Assembly: GCA_902627615.1 (NCBI GenBank)
Contig: CACOJW010000004.1
Span: 11,965 to 75,964, forward strand
DNA from: an uncultured marine group III euryarchaeote
GTDB lineage: Archaea; Thermoplasmatota; Poseidoniia; MGIII; CG-Epi1
Length of the DNA: 64,000 bases
Reading direction: 5' to 3'
The notes under the pieces are model-generated. The model made no database searches. It saw nothing but the letters and a program-made list of their open reading frames with translations, and was not told the origin of the DNA. Each line of letters starts with the position of its first letter. Position 1 is the first letter of the stretch. Both the position numbers and the translations under genes were made by a program. Shown here one piece after another: positions 56,820 through 64,000 of this stretch.

Positions 56820-57873
56820 TCCAGATATAAAAAAAGCAAAGACTATACCTTCAAAATTTTATTATAGCCCTAAAATTTACAAAAAATTAAAAAAATTATT
56901 TGATAGAAGTTGGCAATTTATTGGAGACAAAGGTTTACTAGAAAAGAACAATGCTCACCCAGATATTTTACTTGAAGGCATGGTAGATGAACCGTATGTA
57001 TTAACAAAAGATAATGAATATATTAGATGCTTATCTAATGTTTGTACTCATAGAGGAAATATAGTTTGTGTAAAAGCTTGTAAAACTAAATCTTTGGTAT
57101 GTGGATACCATGGAAGACAATTCCATTTAGATGGAAAAATAAAATTCATGCCTGAATTTAATGAGGTAGAAAATTTTCCAAATAAAGAAGATAATTTGCC
57201 TGAAATTGAAATGGATTTTTGGAAAAATCTAATATTTATAATAAATAAAAAAAGATGCGAATTATCTGAACTAATTAGGCCAATGGCTGAAAGACTAGAT
57301 TGGTTACCTGTAGATGAATTTGTATACAGGCCTGAACTATCGAGAACCTACAAAGTAAATGCAAATTGGGCCCTCTATTGTGACAACTATTTGGAAGGTT
57401 TTCACATCCCATTTGTTCATAAAGATTTGAACAAAGAATTGGAATATGAAGATTATTTTACGCAAGGTATCGACAATACTGTATTACAAATAGGAATTGG
57501 CAAAGATGATGAAAATACTTTTGATTTGCCAAAGGAACATCAGGATTACGGCAAGAATGTTTCAGCATATTACTTCTTTTTGTTTCCTAACATGATGTTC
57601 AATTTTTATCCTTGGGGTTTGTCAATAAATATAGTAAAACCAAAGTCTCCTGAATATACAGAAATAGATTATTTTACTTATGTTTGGAAAGAAGGATTAA
57701 TGGAAAAAGGAGCTGGGGCTGATTTAGACAAAGTTGAACTTGAGGATGAAGAAATTGTGGAATCTGTCCAGAAAGGTGTTAAGTCCAATTCTTACAACAG
57801 AGGAAGATATTCTCCCAAAAGAGAGATCGGAGTTCATCATTTCCATCTGTTATTAGAGAAATATTACAATTAA
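56773..57873 (+). CDS. Rieske [2Fe-2S] non-heme iron oxygenase, alpha-subunit type (ring-hydroxylating / N- or O-demethylase-like)
   Basis: Rieske motif CTHRG-x16-CGYHG, and a mononuclear-iron motif DNYLEGFHIPFVH (D-x3-E-x2-H-x4-H). About 360 aa, like CntA/GbcA/Stc2-type single-component alpha subunits. Confidence 0.7.
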   Translation: MSEIGQEAAKMKINIDPDIKKAKTIPSKFYYSPKIYKKLKKLFDRSWQFIGDKGLLEKNNAHPDILLEGMVDEPYVLTKDNEYIRCLSNVCTHRGNIVCVKACKTKSLVCGYHGRQFHLDGKIKFMPEFNEVENFPNKEDNLPEIEMDFWKNLIFIINKKRCELSELIRPMAERLDWLPVDEFVYRPELSRTYKVNANWALYCDNYLEGFHIPFVHKDLNKELEYEDYFTQGIDNTVLQIGIGKDDENTFDLPKEHQDYGKNVSAYYFFLFPNMMFNFYPWGLSINIVKPKSPEYTEIDYFTYVWKEGLMEKGAGADLDKVELEDEEIVESVQKGVKSNSYNRGRYSPKREIGVHHFHLLLEKYYN

Positions 57874-59343
57874 TCAACGACGTTTGAACATCCTGAATTC
57901 CATTAATCTATCAACTAGATAAATGGAACCTGGATATTTCTTGGGCATCCTGAGTCTTAAAAATGGAATTGTCCCAATACTTCGGCCTATTCCTGATATC
58001 AAAAATATTGTAAATATCGCACGCCAGGTCTGGTCTGAGGAACCAATCAAAGCAAAATTCATCAAGCTATCAATTAAGATAAGCGGTCCTGAAAAATCTT
58101 CTAAATAACCTGCTAAATATCCTCCAGCTAGAGCACCGAAAAAAGTAGTTATTCCTATTCTTGAATTATAATAACTAAAATAAGCAGCCCTTTCTTTGTT
58201 AGGTGCTAAATCTAGAATCAACGCATTTTGAGTTATAAGAAAAGCACTAAAACAAGGACCCAAAATTAAAACTTGTAATGCAATCATCACCTCTATTGTT
58301 GGAAAGAAGGCGTAAATGAAGGGTAATATTGCAAAACCAATTCTACTCATAATCAATACTGGTAAAGGTCCAACTCTATCTACAATCCGCCCCATGATTG
58401 GCTGAAATGCCATTTCTGAAACTGCTCCAACCAAACTGAAGGCCACTAGAACCATATTATCGACCTCTAAGACATCAATCAAAATCATTGCAAATAAAGG
58501 CCATATTAATGACATATTCAAAGTGTAAAATGCTTGAGCATTTACAAAACTACGAAATGTATCTGAATAGTCTTGCTTATCATTGTCTGATAGCTGTACG
58601 TCTTCAATTTTGTCTGGATCTCTGTAAGGTACTCTGATTAAAATTAGACCTCCAACAAATGTAGCTACTGCTGCAATAGCAAATAAAGGACGAAAAGAAT
58701 CTGCAGTATCTGACTCATTAACATAAACGGAGTACACTGCTATAAGTGAACCTATCAAACCTGTCAAACCACCTATAACATGAAATCTGCTTAGAGTACT
58801 TCCCCTCTTTGCAGGATTCATCCAGTCCCCCTGCAGTGCAGACCATGTTGGAGTAATAATCGATAAAGCTATTGAATACACCATTACTAAAAATAATATT
58901 TCATACGGACCCTTTACTTCAGATAAAAAGTAAAGTGCTATAGATGCAAGGATAGACCCTCCGATAATCCAATAAGTTCTTACCAACTTTGTATCTGAAA
59001 TCCATCCCCAAAAATATTGTAATGCATTAGGAAGCAAATTCATTGTTGACTGAATCCAAGCAATTAATTCGAACGATGCACCGAGTCTTACTGCAAAATA
59101 GCTTAGATAAGGCATAGATATATCGTGTGCAAAGGAATTAGTGGCATGGTAAGCGTAAAGCTCCTTTGGAGGATTAACCTCATCTTCTATTTTTTTTGAA
59201 TCCACAATCTTACTCCAGAATCTCCAATATAACGTTAAGCTAAGCACTGTGAATAAAGTAGGCACTATGGAAGTAAGCTTTTTATAACAAAAAAATAAAA
59301 ATATGATGTGCCAGGTATAAACCGAATTATAGGAGTTTACCAT
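57874..59343 (-). CDS. MFS transporter (start possibly at internal Met77, which would remove the overlap with the next gene)
   Basis: Twelve predicted TM helices in two 6-helix bundles, typical of the major facilitator superfamily. Confidence 0.7.
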   Translation of the reverse strand: MVNSYNSVYTWHIIFLFFCYKKLTSIVPTLFTVLSLTLYWRFWSKIVDSKKIEDEVNPPKELYAYHATNSFAHDISMPYLSYFAVRLGASFELIAWIQSTMNLLPNALQYFWGWISDTKLVRTYWIIGGSILASIALYFLSEVKGPYEILFLVMVYSIALSIITPTWSALQGDWMNPAKRGSTLSRFHVIGGLTGLIGSLIAVYSVYVNESDTADSFRPLFAIAAVATFVGGLILIRVPYRDPDKIEDVQLSDNDKQDYSDTFRSFVNAQAFYTLNMSLIWPLFAMILIDVLEVDNMVLVAFSLVGAVSEMAFQPIMGRIVDRVGPLPVLIMSRIGFAILPFIYAFFPTIEVMIALQVLILGPCFSAFLITQNALILDLAPNKERAAYFSYYNSRIGITTFFGALAGGYLAGYLEDFSGPLILIDSLMNFALIGSSDQTWRAIFTIFLISGIGRSIGTIPFLRLRMPKKYPGSIYLVDRLMEFRMFKRR

Positions 59344-59673
59344 GCAGATGGAGGTCTAATTGGGGAATTCAAATATATTACAGGTAAATTTTTCGGAGGT
59401 GAACATTGCTCCCTATGTGATATTACACATGGAAGTTTGGGCAAAAAAGATTCATGGAAAAAGTGTGAAATGAAATTACGAATGCCTATTGACTTTGTTC
59501 ATCTGAATGAAAGAAATCCAAAGCTGGAAAAATATACCGATAATTTAACGCCATGTATCGTTGGAAAGACAAGCACTAATTATGTTATGCTTGTTACAAA
59601 AGAAGAACTTGCAGAATGCAATAAAAATCCTGACATTTTGACTTCATTAATAGAAAAAAAAATAGAAGCGTAA
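59308..59673 (+). CDS. hypothetical small protein with CxxC motif (possible thiol-disulfide oxidoreductase-like)
   Basis: 121 aa containing GGEHCSLCD. No confident family assignment. It overlaps the ORF-track MFS start. Confidence 0.3.
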   Translation: MPGINRIIGVYHADGGLIGEFKYITGKFFGGEHCSLCDITHGSLGKKDSWKKCEMKLRMPIDFVHLNERNPKLEKYTDNLTPCIVGKTSTNYVMLVTKEELAECNKNPDILTSLIEKKIEA

Positions 59674-59709
59674 CATCAATCACTAAATAGCTACTATTAT
59701 GGATGAACT

Positions 59710-61092
59710 GTGGAAGAACAAAACGAGTCTCGGCTTCAGGATTTTTTAGACAAACCTGAAAGAGCATTATGGAGTATCGCCCTCCCCGTAATGGCAGGAA
59801 TGGCAATACAAACTATGTACTCTGTAGTAGATATGCTGTTTATTGGGCAATTAGGCGGGGAATCGATTACTGCTGTAGCATTCAATATGCCTCTTTACTT
59901 CTTTGTAATGGGAATAACATTTGGTGTTGGAACTGGTGTTACGTCTTCTATCTCAAGAGCCATAGGTGCTAAGGACAAAGCTAAAGCAGACAACGCTGCT
60001 GAACACGGCCTATTACTTGCTTTATTTCTTGGATTATCATTGACTATTTTTGGGTTATTAATAGGCAAAAAAGTACTATCTGGTTTAGGAACACCTGATG
60101 AAATGCTAGATGAATCTTGGAGCTATCTGAAAGTTACTTGCTATGGTATGACTTTCATAGTATTTGCAATCGTTTTCAGATCAATATTAGCTGGTGAAGG
60201 TGATATGAAATTTCCTGTAATGGTCGCAGTAATAGGAACTATTCTAAACTTAATATTAGATCCAATCTTCATTTTTAATTTAGAAAAATATGGTGGATTT
60301 GGGCTAGGAATGGGGGTTGAAGGTGCCGCACTAGCTAGTGTGGTATCACAAACTATAGTTTTCACAATATTTGTTTACATGCTATTTTGGAGGGAACACG
60401 CATACATTAGCTTTGATTTGAGAAATTTTAACTTTTCCACAGATTTAATGAAAGAAATTCTTTGGGTGGGAATACCTTCATCGATATCAATGATAATTAT
60501 GTCATTTGGCCAAGGAGTCTTTAACTATATTCTTATTGATGGATATGGGCCTGATGCTGTTGCAGCTTACACTATTTCAGGAAGACTTGATATGCTCCTA
60601 TTTTTACCCATTATGGGCATAGCAACTGGATTAGTTACAACTGTTGGAATGTTTACAGGTGCAGAAAGAATGGATAGGGTCAAAGCAATCATAGTCTATG
60701 GAATAAGTCGGGCCTTTGTTATTGTGGCAATCGCATCTGCAATAGTGTTTGCAGCTGCACCTTACATTATGGGATTATTTACAGATGATAAGGCTATTGA
60801 AGAAATTGGCATTAGTGCGCTACGGACACTCTGTTTTGCTTATCCTTTTGTAGGAATAGCTATGCCTTGTGGAAGAATAATGCAAGGACTGGGAAGGGGA
60901 TTTCCTGTATTAGTCATTACTGCATTGAGAGTTTTACTAATATCTGCCCCACTTGGTTACTATTTTGCAAATAATGGCTATGATATTGTTTGGATTTGGT
61001 ACTCCATCGCAATATCAATAGGCGTATCTGCAATCGTGGGTCCAATTTGGGTATTGAAAACCATAAATTCCATAGAAAAATCAATTACTTAA
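59710..61092 (+). CDS. MATE-family multidrug/sodium efflux transporter
   Basis: 460 aa with 12 TM helices and the internal two-fold repeat typical of MATE (NorM/DinF) transporters. Confidence 0.75.
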   Translation: MEEQNESRLQDFLDKPERALWSIALPVMAGMAIQTMYSVVDMLFIGQLGGESITAVAFNMPLYFFVMGITFGVGTGVTSSISRAIGAKDKAKADNAAEHGLLLALFLGLSLTIFGLLIGKKVLSGLGTPDEMLDESWSYLKVTCYGMTFIVFAIVFRSILAGEGDMKFPVMVAVIGTILNLILDPIFIFNLEKYGGFGLGMGVEGAALASVVSQTIVFTIFVYMLFWREHAYISFDLRNFNFSTDLMKEILWVGIPSSISMIIMSFGQGVFNYILIDGYGPDAVAAYTISGRLDMLLFLPIMGIATGLVTTVGMFTGAERMDRVKAIIVYGISRAFVIVAIASAIVFAAAPYIMGLFTDDKAIEEIGISALRTLCFAYPFVGIAMPCGRIMQGLGRGFPVLVITALRVLLISAPLGYYFANNGYDIVWIWYSIAISIGVSAIVGPIWVLKTINSIEKSIT

Positions 61093-61157
61093 TCAAATAT
61101 AATACTCCAGTATTACTATAAGAATACCAATATATACTTACTCTGTCAGGTTACCAT

Positions 61158-61331
61158 ATGCCTAAAATTAGTTTAGACATGCCTGCCGAGATAATTGCCG
61201 ATTTGAAACTCCACGTAGGAGATGAAAAAAAATATGTGAGCTTAGCAGATGCAGTTAGAACTGCTTGCAGAAGACTATTAGATCAGTTAGATGAAATAGA
61301 TAAAAGACACGGAAGAATAAAAGAAAAATGA
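61158..61331 (+). CDS. small ribbon-helix-helix (CopG/Arc/MetJ-like) protein, 57 aa
   Basis: Not in the ORF track because it is under 60 aa. MPKISLDMPAEIIADLKLHVGDEKKYVSLADAVRTACRRLLDQLDEIDKRHGRIKEK shows a beta-strand (ISLDMPAEII) followed by two helices, the RHH pattern. The stop overlaps the next ATG (ATGA). Confidence 0.4.
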   Translation: MPKISLDMPAEIIADLKLHVGDEKKYVSLADAVRTACRRLLDQLDEIDKRHGRIKEK

Positions 61332-62089
61332 TTGAAAAGATAGACCAAGAAGGAGATGAATACCTCATATGGAAGAAAGGCTCGGTTACACTAGAGCAAA
61401 CTCAAGAACCTGTTGCACCGGAGCAACCTATAGAAGAATCTCCAGAACCTAAAAAGAGCGAAATATATTTCATGGACTGGTTTTTTGGAATTAAAACTCA
61501 CAAGGGACAAATGAAAATGATGTATTATTCATTTACATTTTTCTTCTATTACCTTTTTTGTGTTGTAACCGCTTATTTTCTTGAACGGATAAATGCGTCA
61601 GAGCTCGACATTGTCGAAGTTCTCTATCTCTTCCTCTTAGCCATTCCAGTCGCGATAATACTACCGTTCTTTTTACTCTTTATGGGTTTTACTCTCAGCG
61701 GGGGTATTTTCATTGGAATGTTTGTTGGTATTTTCTCTTGGCTCTTTGGAATAGGCGGTAGGTTTCTATACAAACTATTTGGATTCGATATGGACCTCCT
61801 ATTTCCAGAATTTATTGGTAAAAAAGGAGAAATAACTAAACACAATCCATTGGGTAAGTATTCACCCTACCCTTATACTGCTACAGTAGAAAAAATGGGA
61901 TTACCTGGAGACAGTCTTCTTTATAAAAATAATTTTTCAGTTAGATCAAATGACGAATTAGAATTAGGAATGGAAGTAGAAATAATTAAGCACGAGAAGA
62001 GAAGTATTACTTCTTGGATTAAGAATCACCCTACTTTCCTGGTAAGGTCAATAAACGAAAGAAATGTACTAAACAAGGAGAAAATGTAA
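61328..62089 (+). CDS. hypothetical membrane protein with C-terminal NfeD-like OB-fold domain
   Basis: Soluble acidic N-terminus, about 4 TM helices, then a C-terminal beta-rich domain (GKKGEITKHNPLGKYSPYPYTATVEKMGLPGDSLLYK...ELELGMEVEIIKHEKR) reminiscent of NfeD short-form OB folds. Confidence 0.3.
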   Translation: MIEKIDQEGDEYLIWKKGSVTLEQTQEPVAPEQPIEESPEPKKSEIYFMDWFFGIKTHKGQMKMMYYSFTFFFYYLFCVVTAYFLERINASELDIVEVLYLFLLAIPVAIILPFFLLFMGFTLSGGIFIGMFVGIFSWLFGIGGRFLYKLFGFDMDLLFPEFIGKKGEITKHNPLGKYSPYPYTATVEKMGLPGDSLLYKNNFSVRSNDELELGMEVEIIKHEKRSITSWIKNHPTFLVRSINERNVLNKEKM

Positions 62090-62656
62090 ATGATTGAAGA
62101 ATCAATAAAAAATATATTGTTAAAAATAGAAGAGGATGCCGCACTAGACGGTAACGGAGAGCTAAGAGAAGGGCTCAAAAACACACCAAAACGAGTTGTG
62201 GAATCTTGGAAGGAATTGTATTCAGGATATAATAAAAATCCAAAAGACACTCTTGATGCTACATTCAATGGTGAGGGATATGATGGGATTATTCTTCTAA
62301 AAGACATAGAATTTTATTCTACATGTGAACATCACATGCTTTCTTTTACAGGCAAGGCACACGTTGCTTATATTCCAACAGAAAGAATAGTGGGTATTTC
62401 TAAATTGGCTAGAATTGTCGAAGTTTTCTCTAGAAGACTACAAAACCAAGAAAGAATAACAACACAAGTTGCAGATGCTCTTGAAAAATACTTGAAGCCT
62501 CTGGGGGCTGCCATAATCATTGAAGCAAAACATGAATGCATGGGATGTAGAGGAATAAAGAAAAGCCATGCAACAATGACTACATCTGCTATGAGAGGCG
62601 TTTTCTTTGAAAAAGCTGAAGCTAGAGCTGAATTAATGGATTTAATAAAAAACTAG
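62090..62656 (+). CDS. folE: GTP cyclohydrolase I (FolE type)
   Basis: The conserved FYSTCEHHMLSF (CEHH zinc-binding motif) and a length of 188 aa fit type I GTP cyclohydrolase. Confidence 0.8.
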   Translation: MIEESIKNILLKIEEDAALDGNGELREGLKNTPKRVVESWKELYSGYNKNPKDTLDATFNGEGYDGIILLKDIEFYSTCEHHMLSFTGKAHVAYIPTERIVGISKLARIVEVFSRRLQNQERITTQVADALEKYLKPLGAAIIIEAKHECMGCRGIKKSHATMTTSAMRGVFFEKAEARAELMDLIKN

Positions 62657-62657
62657 A

Positions 62658-63266
62658 ATGGCAAGAGAAAAAAGTTATCCCATAGTTGAAATCTTTCACT
62701 CTGTTCAGGGTGAAGGCTACCACACAGGGACTCCTAGTATTTTCATTCGTTTTGGAGGCTGTAATCTGAGTTGCTCATGGTGTGATACTGACTTTTCCAC
62801 TTGGAATAGGATGACTGTTTCTGAAATAATAAAAGAGGTTAGAAAGTATTCAACAAAAAGAATAATTTACACAGGGGGAGAGCCTGCGATGCAGAAACTC
62901 AGGGCATTATCCAACGTGCTCCATGATAAAGGCTACAATATAGCTATAGAAACTAATGGAACAATCAAATTGGAAGAAGGATTGGTAGACTGGATTTGTG
63001 TAAGTCCGAAAAATATGGTTCACCCCGAATTTCCTATTAAACAAACTGAGGGAGACGAGCTCAAAGTAGTCTACACTGGACAAGATTTATCGATGTACGA
63101 TGAATTAAAAAAAGGATTCGAGAATTTATTTCTCCAACCCTGTTATGATGAATCAAAAGATGCAGGAATTAACGGCAAAACTTTCCATAGTACTTTTGAC
63201 ATAGTAATGCAAAATCCCGGTTGGAATTTATCGCTTCAGACACATAAATGGATGGGAGTTGAATGA
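62658..63266 (+). CDS. queE: 7-carboxy-7-deazaguanine synthase QueE (radical SAM)
   Basis: Radical-SAM cysteine cluster GGCNLSCSWCDT near the N-terminus; about 200 aa, QueE-like. Lies between folE and queC. Confidence 0.75.
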   Translation: MAREKSYPIVEIFHSVQGEGYHTGTPSIFIRFGGCNLSCSWCDTDFSTWNRMTVSEIIKEVRKYSTKRIIYTGGEPAMQKLRALSNVLHDKGYNIAIETNGTIKLEEGLVDWICVSPKNMVHPEFPIKQTEGDELKVVYTGQDLSMYDELKKGFENLFLQPCYDESKDAGINGKTFHSTFDIVMQNPGWNLSLQTHKWMGVE

Positions 63267-64000
63267 ATAAAATCGCAGTAATGGCATTATCAGGAGGGAT
63301 GGATTCCACAGGACTATTACTACATTTTTTAGCTAGAAACTATGAAGTCCATACTATATCTTATGACTACGGACAAAAGCACAAAATAGAGTTGGAAAGA
63401 GCAAAAGCCAACATAGCTTATCTTTTGGAAAATAATATTAGAGTCACCCAACGAATTGTAGATTTGCAATCTGCGATATCTATTTTTAACTCGGCTTTGA
63501 CTATAGAAGACTTAGAGATTCCTGAAGGGCACTACGAAGAAGAACAAATGAAACAAACTGTAGTACCAAACAGGAATGCTATCTTTGCTTCTATTTTGTA
63601 TGGATATGCACTATCTACAGCTACTAAGCAGGATAAAAATGTCAAAATCGGACTAGGTGTTCATTCAGGAGATCATGAAATTTATCCCGATTGTAGGCCC
63701 GAATTTTATGAAGATTTAGAGAAAGCCTTTCAAATCGGTAACTGGGAAAGTGAAAAGGTTTCGTTTTATCTTCCTTATGTTAAAGGTGACAAAGAAACAA
63801 TATTGAGAGATGCTGAGGACTCTATAGAAAAATTAAACCTCGATTTTGATACAATATTCGCTAATACAAATACTAGCTATAACCCAGATGAAAAAGGGAG
63901 AAGTAGTGGAAAAAGTGGGGCTGATATCGAAAGAATTTTAGCATTCAATGCAGTAGGTCGCAAAGATCCAGTTTCATACGTAGATAGCTGGCCTAAAATC
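63263..64000 (+). CDS. queC: 7-cyano-7-deazaguanine synthase QueC, N-terminal part; gene continues beyond window end
   Basis: Not in the ORF track (no stop in window). N-terminus MNKIAVMALSGGMDSTGLLLHF is the PP-loop SGGxDS ATP pyrophosphatase motif of QueC. ATGA overlap with queE. Confidence 0.8.
   Translation, partial: MNKIAVMALSGGMDSTGLLLHFLARNYEVHTISYDYGQKHKIELERAKANIAYLLENNIRVTQRIVDLQSAISIFNSALTIEDLEIPEGHYEEEQMKQTVVPNRNAIFASILYGYALSTATKQDKNVKIGLGVHSGDHEIYPDCRPEFYEDLEKAFQIGNWESEKVSFYLPYVKGDKETILRDAEDSIEKLNLDFDTIFANTNTSYNPDEKGRSSGKSGADIERILAFNAVGRKDPVSYVDSWPKI

Noticed and set aside
1-64000. Search for CRISPR arrays, cas genes, transposases, integrases, restriction-modification or other defence/mobile signatures
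   Set aside because: No direct-repeat/spacer periodicity, no inverted terminal repeats flanking ORFs, and no recognisable transposase/integrase/Cas motifs were found. tRNA genes are not followed by integrase-like ORFs. The window appears to be core genome.

Overview
This 64 kb window looks like a densely packed (over 90% coding), AT-rich archaeal core-genome segment, most likely from a marine heterotrophic euryarchaeon of the Marine Group II / Poseidoniales type. That lineage call is inference from gene content only. Archaeal markers seen in the sequence include an A-type ATP synthase operon in H-I-K-E-C-F-A order, proteasome-activating nucleotidase next to an aMBF1 homolog, ribosomal proteins L40e, S8e, S13-S4-S11 with RNA polymerase subunit D/Rpo3, L1-P0-P1, SRP19, class I lysyl-tRNA synthetase, CDP-archaeol synthase, and two tRNAs (Ile-GAU, Leu-GAG). 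Metabolic content is dominated by a contiguous fatty-acid beta-oxidation cluster with a divergent TrmB-type regulator, followed on the minus strand by a membrane-anchored alpha/beta-hydrolase, a large sequon-rich surface protein and a polytopic membrane protein. Also present are acetoacetyl-CoA synthetase, P5C dehydrogenase, formimidoyltransferase-cyclodeaminase, a Rieske non-heme oxygenase, and a 1403-aa membrane-anchored subtilisin/kexin-like protease with calcium-binding repeats and a LamG domain. Further genes include two tandem ABC-2 exporters, DnaJ, an MMPL/RND exporter, a CorC/CNNM transporter, UppS, MFS and MATE transporters, and a folE-queE-queC (preQ0/archaeosine) cluster. No CRISPR arrays, transposases, integrases or recognisable defence islands were seen. 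The most notable anomalies are: the ribosomal protein S8e gene broken by a one-base frameshift in a C8 homopolymer; a perfect 15-nt tandem repeat encoding an SSDEE/SSNEE acidic tail; a SAP-motif coiled-coil protein downstream of the L1-P0-P1 operon; a DnaJ-coupled membrane protein with an RGG/RS-rich tail; and a small RHH protein translationally coupled to an NfeD-like membrane protein.
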